The notes beneath the pieces were generated by a model, which ran no database searches, was not told the origin of the DNA, and saw only the letters and a list, made by a program, of their open reading frames with translations. Of a stretch of 47,511 bases of DNA, positions 1 to 7,032 are shown in pieces. Made by a program: the position numbers and the translations under genes. Source of the stretch: Candidatus Woesearchaeota archaeon (GTDB lineage: Archaea > Nanobdellota > Nanobdellia > Woesearchaeales > CG1-02-33-12); assembly GCA_017609385.1 (NCBI GenBank), contig JAFCEA010000005.1, positions 1 through 47,511 of the forward strand, written 5' to 3'. Positions within the stretch are counted from its first letter, which is position 1. Every line of letters begins with the position of its first letter.

Positions 1-139
1 CATAATCATTGTGAAGGTGCTTTTCTGTAAGCTTTTTACCTTCCTCAAATGTTCCAAAAACTTTGTGAAGTTCTAGCCAGAAATTAGGCTTTTTAAAGAT
101 TACGCCATCAAGGTCAAAGCATATCAGTTTGTATTTCAT
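1..139 (-). CDS. HAD-superfamily hydrolase, N-terminal fragment (gene continues past window start)
   Basis: Minus-strand ATG at 139-137. Translation MKYKLICFDLDGVIFKKPNFWLELHKVF... carries HAD motif I (DxDGV). Confidence 0.55.
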   Translation of the reverse strand, partial: MKYKLICFDLDGVIFKKPNFWLELHKVFGTFEEGKKLTEKHLHNDY

Positions 140-295
140 TCTCAATGCTAAGATTATAACAATCAATTTTATTAATAAAACTTTCTAATTGATTTTACTA
201 TTTCAGATTCCAATAACTTTTTATAATATCTTTATTTTAGCTTGATTATATTATCTTTTTTGGGATAATCATACTATAATATTAAAAAATAAAAG

Positions 296-790
296 GTGGT
301 TAAACTGGAAAACAGGATAAGGGTTGGTGTTTTAATCTTTGAAGATAACAAGATATTATTAGTTAAGCATGTTCACCCTGTAACAGGGTTTAGTTGGTGG
401 GTGCCGCCAGGCGGTGGATTAAAAGGAACTGAATCTGTCTTTGAGTGCGGGGAAAGAGAGGTAAAAGAAGAAACAAACCTCAAGGTAAAATTAGATAAAA
501 TTGCTTATATAAGGCAATTCATTTTTCATCAACAGAAAGAGAATAATATTGATTTATATGTAACTTCCTCAAAGCATAAAGGCAAAAAGTCTATTAAAGG
601 GATTATTGGAAAAGGGGAAGATGAGCACTATATTAAGCAATTAAAATTCTTTTCAAAAACTGAACTTAAGAACATAAGGGTTTTTCCCCCCGTTATAATG
701 GAAGAGATGTGGGAAGACTATAAAAAAGGTTTTCCTACTATTAAATTTCTAGGAGTAGAAGATGACTCAGAACATGGCATAATGGGATAA
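296..790 (+). CDS. Nudix hydrolase
   Basis: Nudix box GGGLKGTESVFECGEREVKEETNL (GX5EX7REUXEEXGU). GTG start preceded by aaaagg. Confidence 0.85.
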   Translation: MVKLENRIRVGVLIFEDNKILLVKHVHPVTGFSWWVPPGGGLKGTESVFECGEREVKEETNLKVKLDKIAYIRQFIFHQQKENNIDLYVTSSKHKGKKSIKGIIGKGEDEHYIKQLKFFSKTELKNIRVFPPVIMEEMWEDYKKGFPTIKFLGVEDDSEHGIMG

Positions 791-926
791 TCTTTTATTT
801 GAAAAAAAGTTAATTTAAATGTGTATTCTCCGAAAAATCTCCGAAGTTTTTTAAAAAGATTTATATATACCTGATAATAATCTCATTTTAGTTAATCTTA
901 TAATTAAAGCAAGCAGGTGGGTGATT

Positions 927-2771
927 ATGGCCAAAAAACAAAACAAAAAAAATAATGCTAAAAATATAAAATCAAAAGAAAATGACCAGTTCAAGGAGAT
1001 TGAGTCAAAGCTTCCAAAAGATGCCAAGAAAAAACTAAGGGCAATCAAGTCAAAGCTTGATAAATTTCAAAAAATAGTCTTAAAAAAGTTTGAACAATAC
1101 ATAATAGGCATTGCGCTCCTGCCCCCAAAAAAGCCAGAAAAAGATGAAAAACCTAGTGAGCAGATTAATATTCTTGTCTTGGTTGATGATTCTGACAGCA
1201 AGAGAATGTCTAAGGATGAACTAAAGACAAAACTTTCATCTATTATAGAAGAAATGGCAAAAGATATTGACAAAAATCTTGCACCACAAACAATTATTCT
1301 TTCTGAACTATGGCAGAGCTGTTATGACGGGAAATATGAGCTACTAGAGATGATAGCACTATCTGCTCCAGTTTATGATACAGGAATGCTGTCTGCTATC
1401 AAGATAGCTGAGATCCATAAGTCAATGGTCCTTAAAAAGTTTGAGAAATACATTGTAAGCTATGTTCTTGCAGGCTCTCTTGTTCAAGGCAAAGCAACAC
1501 CTGAATCAGACATTGATGTCTTTATTGTAGTGGATGATACAGACGTCAAAAAGATGACAAGAGCTGAGTTAAAAGATAAATTAAGGGCAATAATAATAAC
1601 AATGGGAATGGAAGCTGGAGAGGTTACAGGAATCAAAAACAAGCTGAATGTCCAGGTCTATATACTTACAGACTTCTGGGATAACATAAAAGAGGCCAAT
1701 CCAATAATATTCACCTTTTTGAGGGACGGAGTTCCATTCTATGACAGAGGAATATTCATGCCATGGAAGCAGCTATTGAAGATGGGCAAGATAAAACCAT
1801 CTGCAGAGGCGATTGATATGTATATGAACAGCGGAGAGCAGATGTTAAAGCATGTGAAGTTTAAGATAAGAGATTTAGGAATGGAAGATACATTCTGGGC
1901 CATCTTAACACCAAGCCAGGCAGCACTTATGCTTTATGGTGTTCCACCTCCAACTCCAAAGGAAACCCCTGAATTGATGAGGCAGCTGTTTGTAAAAAAA
2001 GAAAAAATGCTGGAGGAAAAGTATGTAAAGATACTTGAAAACAACATACAGGTCAGAAAGGATCTTGAGCATGGAAAAGAAAAGAAGCTTAGCGGCAAAG
2101 AAGTAGATGTATTATTAGAAAACGCTGAAAACTATCTGAAAAGAATAAAAAAATTATTCAGCCAGATAGAGAAGATAAAAGAAAAAGAGTCAATGCTCCA
2201 TGTTTATGACACTGTTGTTACAATAATAAGGGATATCCTACGGATTGAGGGAATAGAGAGTGCTAATGATTCAGAGATAGTTAATATATTTGAGAAAGAA
2301 ATAATAAGCAAAGGGAAAATACCTGCAAAGTTCCTAAGAATACTGCATGCTATAATGAAGGCAAAGAAAGATTATGATGAGAAAAAACTGACAAAGGTAG
2401 AGGTAGAGAAGGTTAAAAAGAACTCCCAGGAATTTATCAGATTTATGATTGAGCATATACAAAGAAAAAGGGGCATGGAGATTGAAAGGACAAAGGTAAG
2501 AGTAAAATATGGGGACAAATATGGAGAAGTCCTTTTGCTTGGAAAAAACGCTTACATTATACATGACATTGATCAGGAGGAAAAAAGAATTACTAAAGCA
2601 GAAATACTTCCAAATGGTGGCCTAGGAAAAATCACCAAGAGCTCTCTTGAAGAGCTTGAGAAAGAGCTCTCAAAGATAGAGATTCTATCCAAGGTCTTTA
2701 TAAAAGAGCCAATATTTGAGGACATGAAAAAAATCTTTGGTAAGAATGTAGAGATACTGATTAACTACTGA
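927..2771 (+). CDS. Protein with tandem nucleotidyltransferase-fold domains (first degenerate, second with GS..DxD) plus a helical C-terminal region
   Basis: Internal duplication: KFEQYIIGIALL...ILVLVDDSDSKRMSKDELKTKL versus KFEKYIVSYVLAGSLVQGKATPESDIDVFIVVDDTDVKKMTRAELKDKL. Only the second copy keeps the Pol-beta-type GS-x9-DxD signature. ATG at 927 follows aggtgg; the track start at 921 is GTG. Confidence 0.6.
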   Translation: MAKKQNKKNNAKNIKSKENDQFKEIESKLPKDAKKKLRAIKSKLDKFQKIVLKKFEQYIIGIALLPPKKPEKDEKPSEQINILVLVDDSDSKRMSKDELKTKLSSIIEEMAKDIDKNLAPQTIILSELWQSCYDGKYELLEMIALSAPVYDTGMLSAIKIAEIHKSMVLKKFEKYIVSYVLAGSLVQGKATPESDIDVFIVVDDTDVKKMTRAELKDKLRAIIITMGMEAGEVTGIKNKLNVQVYILTDFWDNIKEANPIIFTFLRDGVPFYDRGIFMPWKQLLKMGKIKPSAEAIDMYMNSGEQMLKHVKFKIRDLGMEDTFWAILTPSQAALMLYGVPPPTPKETPELMRQLFVKKEKMLEEKYVKILENNIQVRKDLEHGKEKKLSGKEVDVLLENAENYLKRIKKLFSQIEKIKEKESMLHVYDTVVTIIRDILRIEGIESANDSEIVNIFEKEIISKGKIPAKFLRILHAIMKAKKDYDEKKLTKVEVEKVKKNSQEFIRFMIEHIQRKRGMEIERTKVRVKYGDKYGEVLLLGKNAYIIHDIDQEEKRITKAEILPNGGLGKITKSSLEELEKELSKIEILSKVFIKEPIFEDMKKIFGKNVEILINY

Positions 2772-2865
2772 TTTAACCTTTTTTGATTATATTCTTTGTT
2801 ATATATTTTCTATTTTACTTAAGTTTATTAATCAGAAAGATATCTTATTATTATTAGGGGTTTAG

Positions 2866-3429
2866 ATGAGATTAAAATACAAGACAGGTTATAAAATATG
2901 TGATGCCATGACAAAAAAGCCTGTTTCTGTTTCACCAGAAACTTCTATTGAAGAATGTGCTTTGAAGATGAGGGACAATCACATAGGAAGCCTTGTTATA
3001 ACAAAGGAGTCTAAACTTCTTGGCATATTGTCTGACAGGGATATTGTAAGGAGGGTTATTGCAAAAGGACTAAACCCTAAAGAATTAAAGGCTGAAGAAG
3101 TAATGATAAAAAAAGTCATAACAATTGGTCCTGAAAAAGATATTTATGATGCTCTCAAAAAGATGAAGGACAACGATGTAAGGCACCTTCCTGTTATGAA
3201 TAAAAAAGAGATGATTGGCTTGCTTACATTAAAAGACATACTCAAAATACAGCCAGAGTTATTTGAGCTAATGGTTGAGAAGTTTGAGCTGAGAGAAGAA
3301 TCAAGAAAACCTATATTTGGCGGCCCAATATCAGAAGGCATATGCGAGGCTTGCGGTTTTCCATCCACAAACTTAAGGGAAATTGAGGGCTCATTTCTTT
3401 GCACACGGTGTGCATCCAAAAAGCTTTAG
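2866..3429 (+). CDS. CBS-domain pair protein with C-terminal CxxC...CxxC zinc ribbon
   Basis: Two CBS repeats (MTKKPVSVSPETSIEECALKMRDNHIGSLVIT...; VMIKKVITIGPEKDIYDALKKMKDNDVRHLPVM...). The tail has CEAC and CTRC. Confidence 0.8.
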   Translation: MRLKYKTGYKICDAMTKKPVSVSPETSIEECALKMRDNHIGSLVITKESKLLGILSDRDIVRRVIAKGLNPKELKAEEVMIKKVITIGPEKDIYDALKKMKDNDVRHLPVMNKKEMIGLLTLKDILKIQPELFELMVEKFELREESRKPIFGGPISEGICEACGFPSTNLREIEGSFLCTRCASKKL

Positions 3430-3434
3430 AAACC

Positions 3435-3442
3435 TTTAAATA
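3435..3442 (+). promoter_or_regulatory. Putative archaeal TATA box (TTTAAATA) for tRNA-Leu
   Basis: Octamer TTTAAATA lies 29-36 nt upstream of the tRNA 5' end. The identical octamer occupies the same position upstream of tRNA-Val and tRNA-Pro. Confidence 0.45.
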
Positions 3443-3470
3443 TATTCTATTTTTCTGTTCTATCTATCTT

Positions 3471-3580
3471 GCGGGGGTAGCAAAGTCTGGTCAAATGCGC
3501 AGGACTTAAGACTAAATATAATTACAAGGCAGAAATCCTGTCTCTTAGTGAGTCCATGGGTTCAAATCCCATCCCCCGCA
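3471..3580 (+). tRNA. tRNA-Leu(UAA) with an anticodon-loop intron of about 24 nt
   Basis: Acceptor GCGGGGG/CCCCCGC plus A. Anticodon stem CAGGA (3500-3504)/TCCTG (3536-3540), loop CTTAAG..A with TAA at 3507-3509. Long variable arm TCTCTTAGTGAGTC. T arm ATGGG-TTCAAAT-CCCAT. Intron is about 3511-3534; I could not draw a clean BHB, so exact boundaries are uncertain. Confidence 0.88.
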
Positions 3581-3621
3581 TAAATAGTTCTGAAGAATAT
3601 GTAATTAATGCAATATTCTGA

Positions 3622-5250
3622 TTAGTAAGAATTTCTAGGGTGCCCCCTTTTATAACCCATATAAAGAGCAGAAAGTAAAACAAAAATAAAAAATATTCCA
3701 ATCGGGATCATAAGTGAACGTATGGAAAAAGTATATTTTCTTGATTTAATCCACTCTTTTAAACTAATATTTAGTTTTGCAGGAGGATTATCTGCCTCTT
3801 CTTTTGTTATATTTGTTTCATTTATTATTGGGGGGACTACTTCTGTTCTTCCAACAACTGTAACAATTTTTTCTTGGTTTGCTTCTAATATTTGATTATA
3901 CTCAGATTCATATATAATTCTTAAATTTATTGAATAATTTTTTTTACCCACAACATCTGGAGCTGTGAAATATATATCATCGATTTTTTTATATTTTAAT
4001 GGTTTTAAATTACCTATTTTTTCTGTTATTTTTATAAAATTGGGCAGGTCACTTTCTATTATTACTTCTATATTTTTAAATGAATGTATTGGGCTTGGAT
4101 TCTTTATCTTTACTGAAATATTTGATTTTTCAGAACTTAACACCTCTTTATTAACTTTAGAGTCTATAGATAATGTCTTTCCATAAATATTTAGGCTTAT
4201 TGATTTCTCAACTTCTTTCCTAATATTATTAATTACAAATGAGGCTTTTGGCTTTAATGTATGATTTCCTATGTATTTACTTTTTAATTTTATATTGAAT
4301 AGTTTAGTCTCTCCTTTAGCTAGTTTACCTTCCCAGCTTAATTCCTTGTAATCTTGTATTAGGTATTTTGGTGGTGTTGATATGTCTAGTTCATTAGGTA
4401 TTGTTATTTTAAATGAGGTTATGGTAATGCTATTGTTATTATTTATATTTGTTAAGTTAATGTTTAGATTAGCCTCTTGACCCAACTTTACTTCATTCTT
4501 ATCCAGTGTTAAAATCATATTCAGTTGATAATCAGGGATAGTTATTGTTGAGGTATCAGAATGACTTTCTACTATTTTAACTCCATTGTTATAGCTTATA
4601 GATGCCCGCGATTTAAAGGTAGTGTTCTGCAATGCCTTGATTTTATAAGAGCATCTTTTTTCCATACCTCCCCTTAGGCTACCATGCCATTTAACAGTTC
4701 TGTGTGTACTGTTAGCATATGCAACACAATCTGATATTTGTGTAATCGCAAATGAAGAAGGGATAGGGTCTGAATAAACAATGTTAGTAGCTTCTACATT
4801 TCCTGTGTTTTTTAGGGTTACCTCTATTTTTGTCTGTTCATTAATCAAGAACTCTGTAGTTCCAACTGTTCTTGTTAATTCAATTTCTGTGGTTTCTAAA
4901 AGAAACGAGTATATTTTAATAGATGCCTTATATATATCATCATCTAATGTTGTGTTATGATACCAAAACTCTGAGTTAGTAACACATAACTCATAGTTTT
5001 CCGTGGTTTCACATGAGTCATTCTTTACAATAACATATGAATTAGTTGGTAAAGTAATAATTACCCTGTCATGGGCAGAGCTTAAACTAAAACTAAATAT
5101 TTCATTACTTATATTAATTGTATTTATTTGATTAGAATAAATAGTTCCAGAGTAGATTTCCTTTTCATCTACAGCATATGTAGATGGAATTATAATTAAT
5201 AACATAAGTGCTATATATATAAAAACCTCTTTTTGCATATCATAATACAT
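3622..5250 (-). CDS. Cell-surface protein: signal peptide, repeated beta-sandwich-like (DUF11/CARDB-like) modules, C-terminal TM anchor
   Basis: N-terminal hydrophobic segment FIYIALMLLIIIPSTYA. Repeated segments such as IEVTLKNTGNVEATNIVYSDPIPSSF and ANLNINLTNINNNNSITITSFKITIP. C-terminal TM MIPIGIFFIFVLLSALYMGY followed by basic residues. Confidence 0.55.
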   Translation of the reverse strand: MYYDMQKEVFIYIALMLLIIIPSTYAVDEKEIYSGTIYSNQINTINISNEIFSFSLSSAHDRVIITLPTNSYVIVKNDSCETTENYELCVTNSEFWYHNTTLDDDIYKASIKIYSFLLETTEIELTRTVGTTEFLINEQTKIEVTLKNTGNVEATNIVYSDPIPSSFAITQISDCVAYANSTHRTVKWHGSLRGGMEKRCSYKIKALQNTTFKSRASISYNNGVKIVESHSDTSTITIPDYQLNMILTLDKNEVKLGQEANLNINLTNINNNNSITITSFKITIPNELDISTPPKYLIQDYKELSWEGKLAKGETKLFNIKLKSKYIGNHTLKPKASFVINNIRKEVEKSISLNIYGKTLSIDSKVNKEVLSSEKSNISVKIKNPSPIHSFKNIEVIIESDLPNFIKITEKIGNLKPLKYKKIDDIYFTAPDVVGKKNYSINLRIIYESEYNQILEANQEKIVTVVGRTEVVPPIINETNITKEEADNPPAKLNISLKEWIKSRKYTFSIRSLMIPIGIFFIFVLLSALYMGYKRGHPRNSY

Positions 5251-5444
5251 AATATAAATAGTATAAAAAACCTTTTGTTATTTAGCTTTTTCTTCAGCTA
5301 TTAATTGCTGTTTAGTCTCTTCTTAAAAACAATTAGGAGATAACGGTCATTCGCTTTGGTTAATAGTACCATTTTTTAGTAATGTTTTTAAATAATGATA
5401 AAATTCCTTAATATTTATAGCGTGATGTGTATATGGTGATAAAA

Positions 5445-6557
5445 ATGATGAAAACAAAAACATTGAAAATTATTGTATTAATGTTTTTAATTAATACACT
5501 ATTTGTAACAGCATCAATAGACTCTAGCTATAAATGTAAGGAAAGAAATTGTATGGAAGGCACAGAAATAGATTTTACTGTAAACATATACAATAACATC
5601 AACAAAAGCATCAATGTAGGTGATGTATACATAAAAGATAGGGATTATGGTACTGTTCTTGGATTTGACATTAGTGAGGATGTAGTTTTAGGTCCAGATG
5701 AGGTTCATAGCTTTAACTTCACAAGTCTGGTTAAAGCTCCAACAAAGGGCTATACATTTTACTATGTTCCGTGTTTTAAGATGTCTTATGCTAATAAACC
5801 AGAAGAGGTTTTTAATATATGTGGTAAGACTGTGAAAAGTTTTACAGTTCTTCCATTGTCAAAGATTGAGTGCAAAGAGGATTCTGAGTGTGAAGAGGAT
5901 GAATACTGCAACACGTTCAGTATTTACAAATGCAGGAAACTGGAATGCAATCCTAATGAAACTGCAGTTAATCATTCATGTGTTTTATCAGAGCCAAAAA
6001 AAGTAGTTATCATTAACTGGAGAAATGTTATATTAACAGCAGGATTTATTGTTTTGGCTGTTATTTTATTGTTTTTGTTTATAGGAAGAAAACAAAAGTA
6101 TGGAAGTGAGGATTATGTGGATATGACTACTGAATTCACTGAAGAGAAAGAAACCACTAAAGAAGAGAAGTTAGATAAGGAGTATAAAAAGATTGAAGAA
6201 TCCTTTAGAGAATTAAAAGAAGATAAACCTAAAAAAGATGAAGAGAATAAAGAAATTAAGGAACTTACTCAAGAACCTAAACAAGAAAAAGCTGAAAAAG
6301 ATGAAGAAAAGGATCATAAAAAGGATGTTGGGAGGGATGAAGAAATTAAAAAAAAGAAAACTAAACCTAAAAAGAACAACAAAAAGAAATATAAGCGCGT
6401 AAAGCAAAATAAAACTTATGACGCAGTTCCAGACTATGTGGTAGATGAGCAAAAAGAGGAAACTAAAAAAACAGATCAGGAAATAGAAGACAAAGACATA
6501 GAAATTATGGATTACAGCGGTTATGAAGATGATGATGAAAGTAAAGATATATTATAA
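5445..6557 (+). CDS. Single-pass membrane protein: Cys-rich ectodomain and long Lys/Glu-rich cytoplasmic tail
   Basis: Signal/TM MMKTKTLKIIVLMFLINTLFVTA, Cys-rich region (CKEDSECEEDEYCNTFSIYKCRKLEC), TM ILTAGFIVLAVILLFLFIG, then a K/E/D low-complexity tail. No recognisable family. Confidence 0.45.
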   Translation: MMKTKTLKIIVLMFLINTLFVTASIDSSYKCKERNCMEGTEIDFTVNIYNNINKSINVGDVYIKDRDYGTVLGFDISEDVVLGPDEVHSFNFTSLVKAPTKGYTFYYVPCFKMSYANKPEEVFNICGKTVKSFTVLPLSKIECKEDSECEEDEYCNTFSIYKCRKLECNPNETAVNHSCVLSEPKKVVIINWRNVILTAGFIVLAVILLFLFIGRKQKYGSEDYVDMTTEFTEEKETTKEEKLDKEYKKIEESFRELKEDKPKKDEENKEIKELTQEPKQEKAEKDEEKDHKKDVGRDEEIKKKKTKPKKNNKKKYKRVKQNKTYDAVPDYVVDEQKEETKKTDQEIEDKDIEIMDYSGYEDDDESKDIL

Positions 6558-6576
6558 TTACATAAATTTTATTAAT

Positions 6577-6649
6577 GCCCCGGTGGCTTAGTGGCTATAG
6601 CGCCACCTTGGTAAGGTGGAGGTCGCGAGTTCAACTCTCGCTCGGGGCT
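6577..6649 (+). tRNA. tRNA-Thr(GGU), intron-less
   Basis: 73-nt cloverleaf. Acceptor GCCCCGG/TCGGGGC plus T. D arm GCTT-AGTGGCTA-TAGC. Anticodon stem CCACC/GGTGG with loop TTGGTAA. T arm GCGAG-TTCAACT-CTCGC. Confidence 0.9.
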
Positions 6650-6662
6650 TTTTTACACAACA

Positions 6663-6670
6663 TTTAAATA
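6663..6670 (+). promoter_or_regulatory. Putative archaeal TATA box (TTTAAATA) for tRNA-Val
   Basis: TTTAAATA lies 27-34 nt upstream of the tRNA-Val 5' end. Same octamer and spacing as at tRNA-Leu and tRNA-Pro. Confidence 0.45.
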
Positions 6671-6696
6671 TTAATTCTAATCTTATATTTTTAGTT

Positions 6697-6922
6697 GGGC
6701 CTGTGATCTAGTGGCTATGATGTCACCTTGACGATTTAAAAAAATCAAAATGGTGAATATCCCCGGTTCGAACAGCTTCTTGCTAAGCTGGCACGCAAAT
6801 GGTTACGCTCATTTGATACGCAAAGAGCGACATTCAATTGCTCTGCAATTGAAGTCCCTCACGCTCGCTAGCGCTCGCGAAAGTTAGAGCTCGCAAGTGC
6901 TTTGAAAGTCCGGGTGGGCCCA
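6697..6922 (+). tRNA. tRNA-Val(GAC) with two introns: 17 nt at 37/38 (6734-6750) and 136 nt at 59/60 in the T-loop (6773-6908)
   Basis: Removing both introns leaves a 73-nt cloverleaf. Acceptor GGGCCTG/TGGGCCC plus A. D arm ATCT-AGTGGCTA-TGAT. Anticodon stem TCACC/GGTGA with GAC at 6730-6732. T stem CCCGG (6762-6766)/CCGGG (6910-6914). Both introns are framed by 3-4-3 bulge-helix-bulge motifs (see findings). Confidence 0.85.
6796..6861 (+). repeat. 66-nt conserved intron module, copy 1 (inside the tRNA-Val T-loop intron)
   Basis: Identical at 65/66 positions to 43432-43497. Two predicted hairpins: cgctc/gagcg and ttcaattgc/gcaattgaa. Confidence 0.9.
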
Positions 6923-6925
6923 TGA

Positions 6926-6987
6926 CAGCTGCTTGCTCAGCTGGCACGCAGTCCAGCATAAAGCCGGACACGCTCGCTTTGCTCGCA
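6926..6987 (+). repeat. Partial paralogous copy of the tRNA-Val intron flanks, just 3' of the tRNA (GC-rich, non-coding)
   Basis: 6926-6950 cagctgcttgctcagctggcacgca versus intron 6773-6797 cagcttcttgctaagctggcacgca (23/25; the two differences are compensatory in a 6-bp hairpin). 6969-6987 cacgctcgctttgctcgca versus intron 6860-6880 cacgctcgctagcgctcgcga. Confidence 0.7.
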
Positions 6988-7032
6988 ACAAATGAAGAGG
7001 TAAATAACATCAGAAGAATAAAAGAGATTAAA

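Noticed and set aside
6120-6557. Repetitive Lys/Glu/Asp-coding stretch that superficially looks like a DNA repeat array
   Set aside because: It is low-complexity coding sequence in frame with the membrane protein. There are no regular repeat-spacer units, so it is not a CRISPR or satellite array.
6796-6861. Possibility that the shared intron module is a C/D-box or H/ACA guide sRNA, as in some archaeal tRNA introns
   Set aside because: I find no RUGAUGA C box or CUGA D box (only tttgatac). The first hairpin (5 bp) is too small for an H/ACA pocket despite a following ACA. The module's function remains unknown.
6922-7032. N-terminal 37 codons of the 6922-8046 track ORF (MTAACSAGTQSS...)
   Set aside because: It starts inside the tRNA-Val 3' end and runs through the GC-rich intron-like repeat. 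Its composition is unlike coding sequence in this window. The dehydrogenase domain begins at the ATG at 7033.
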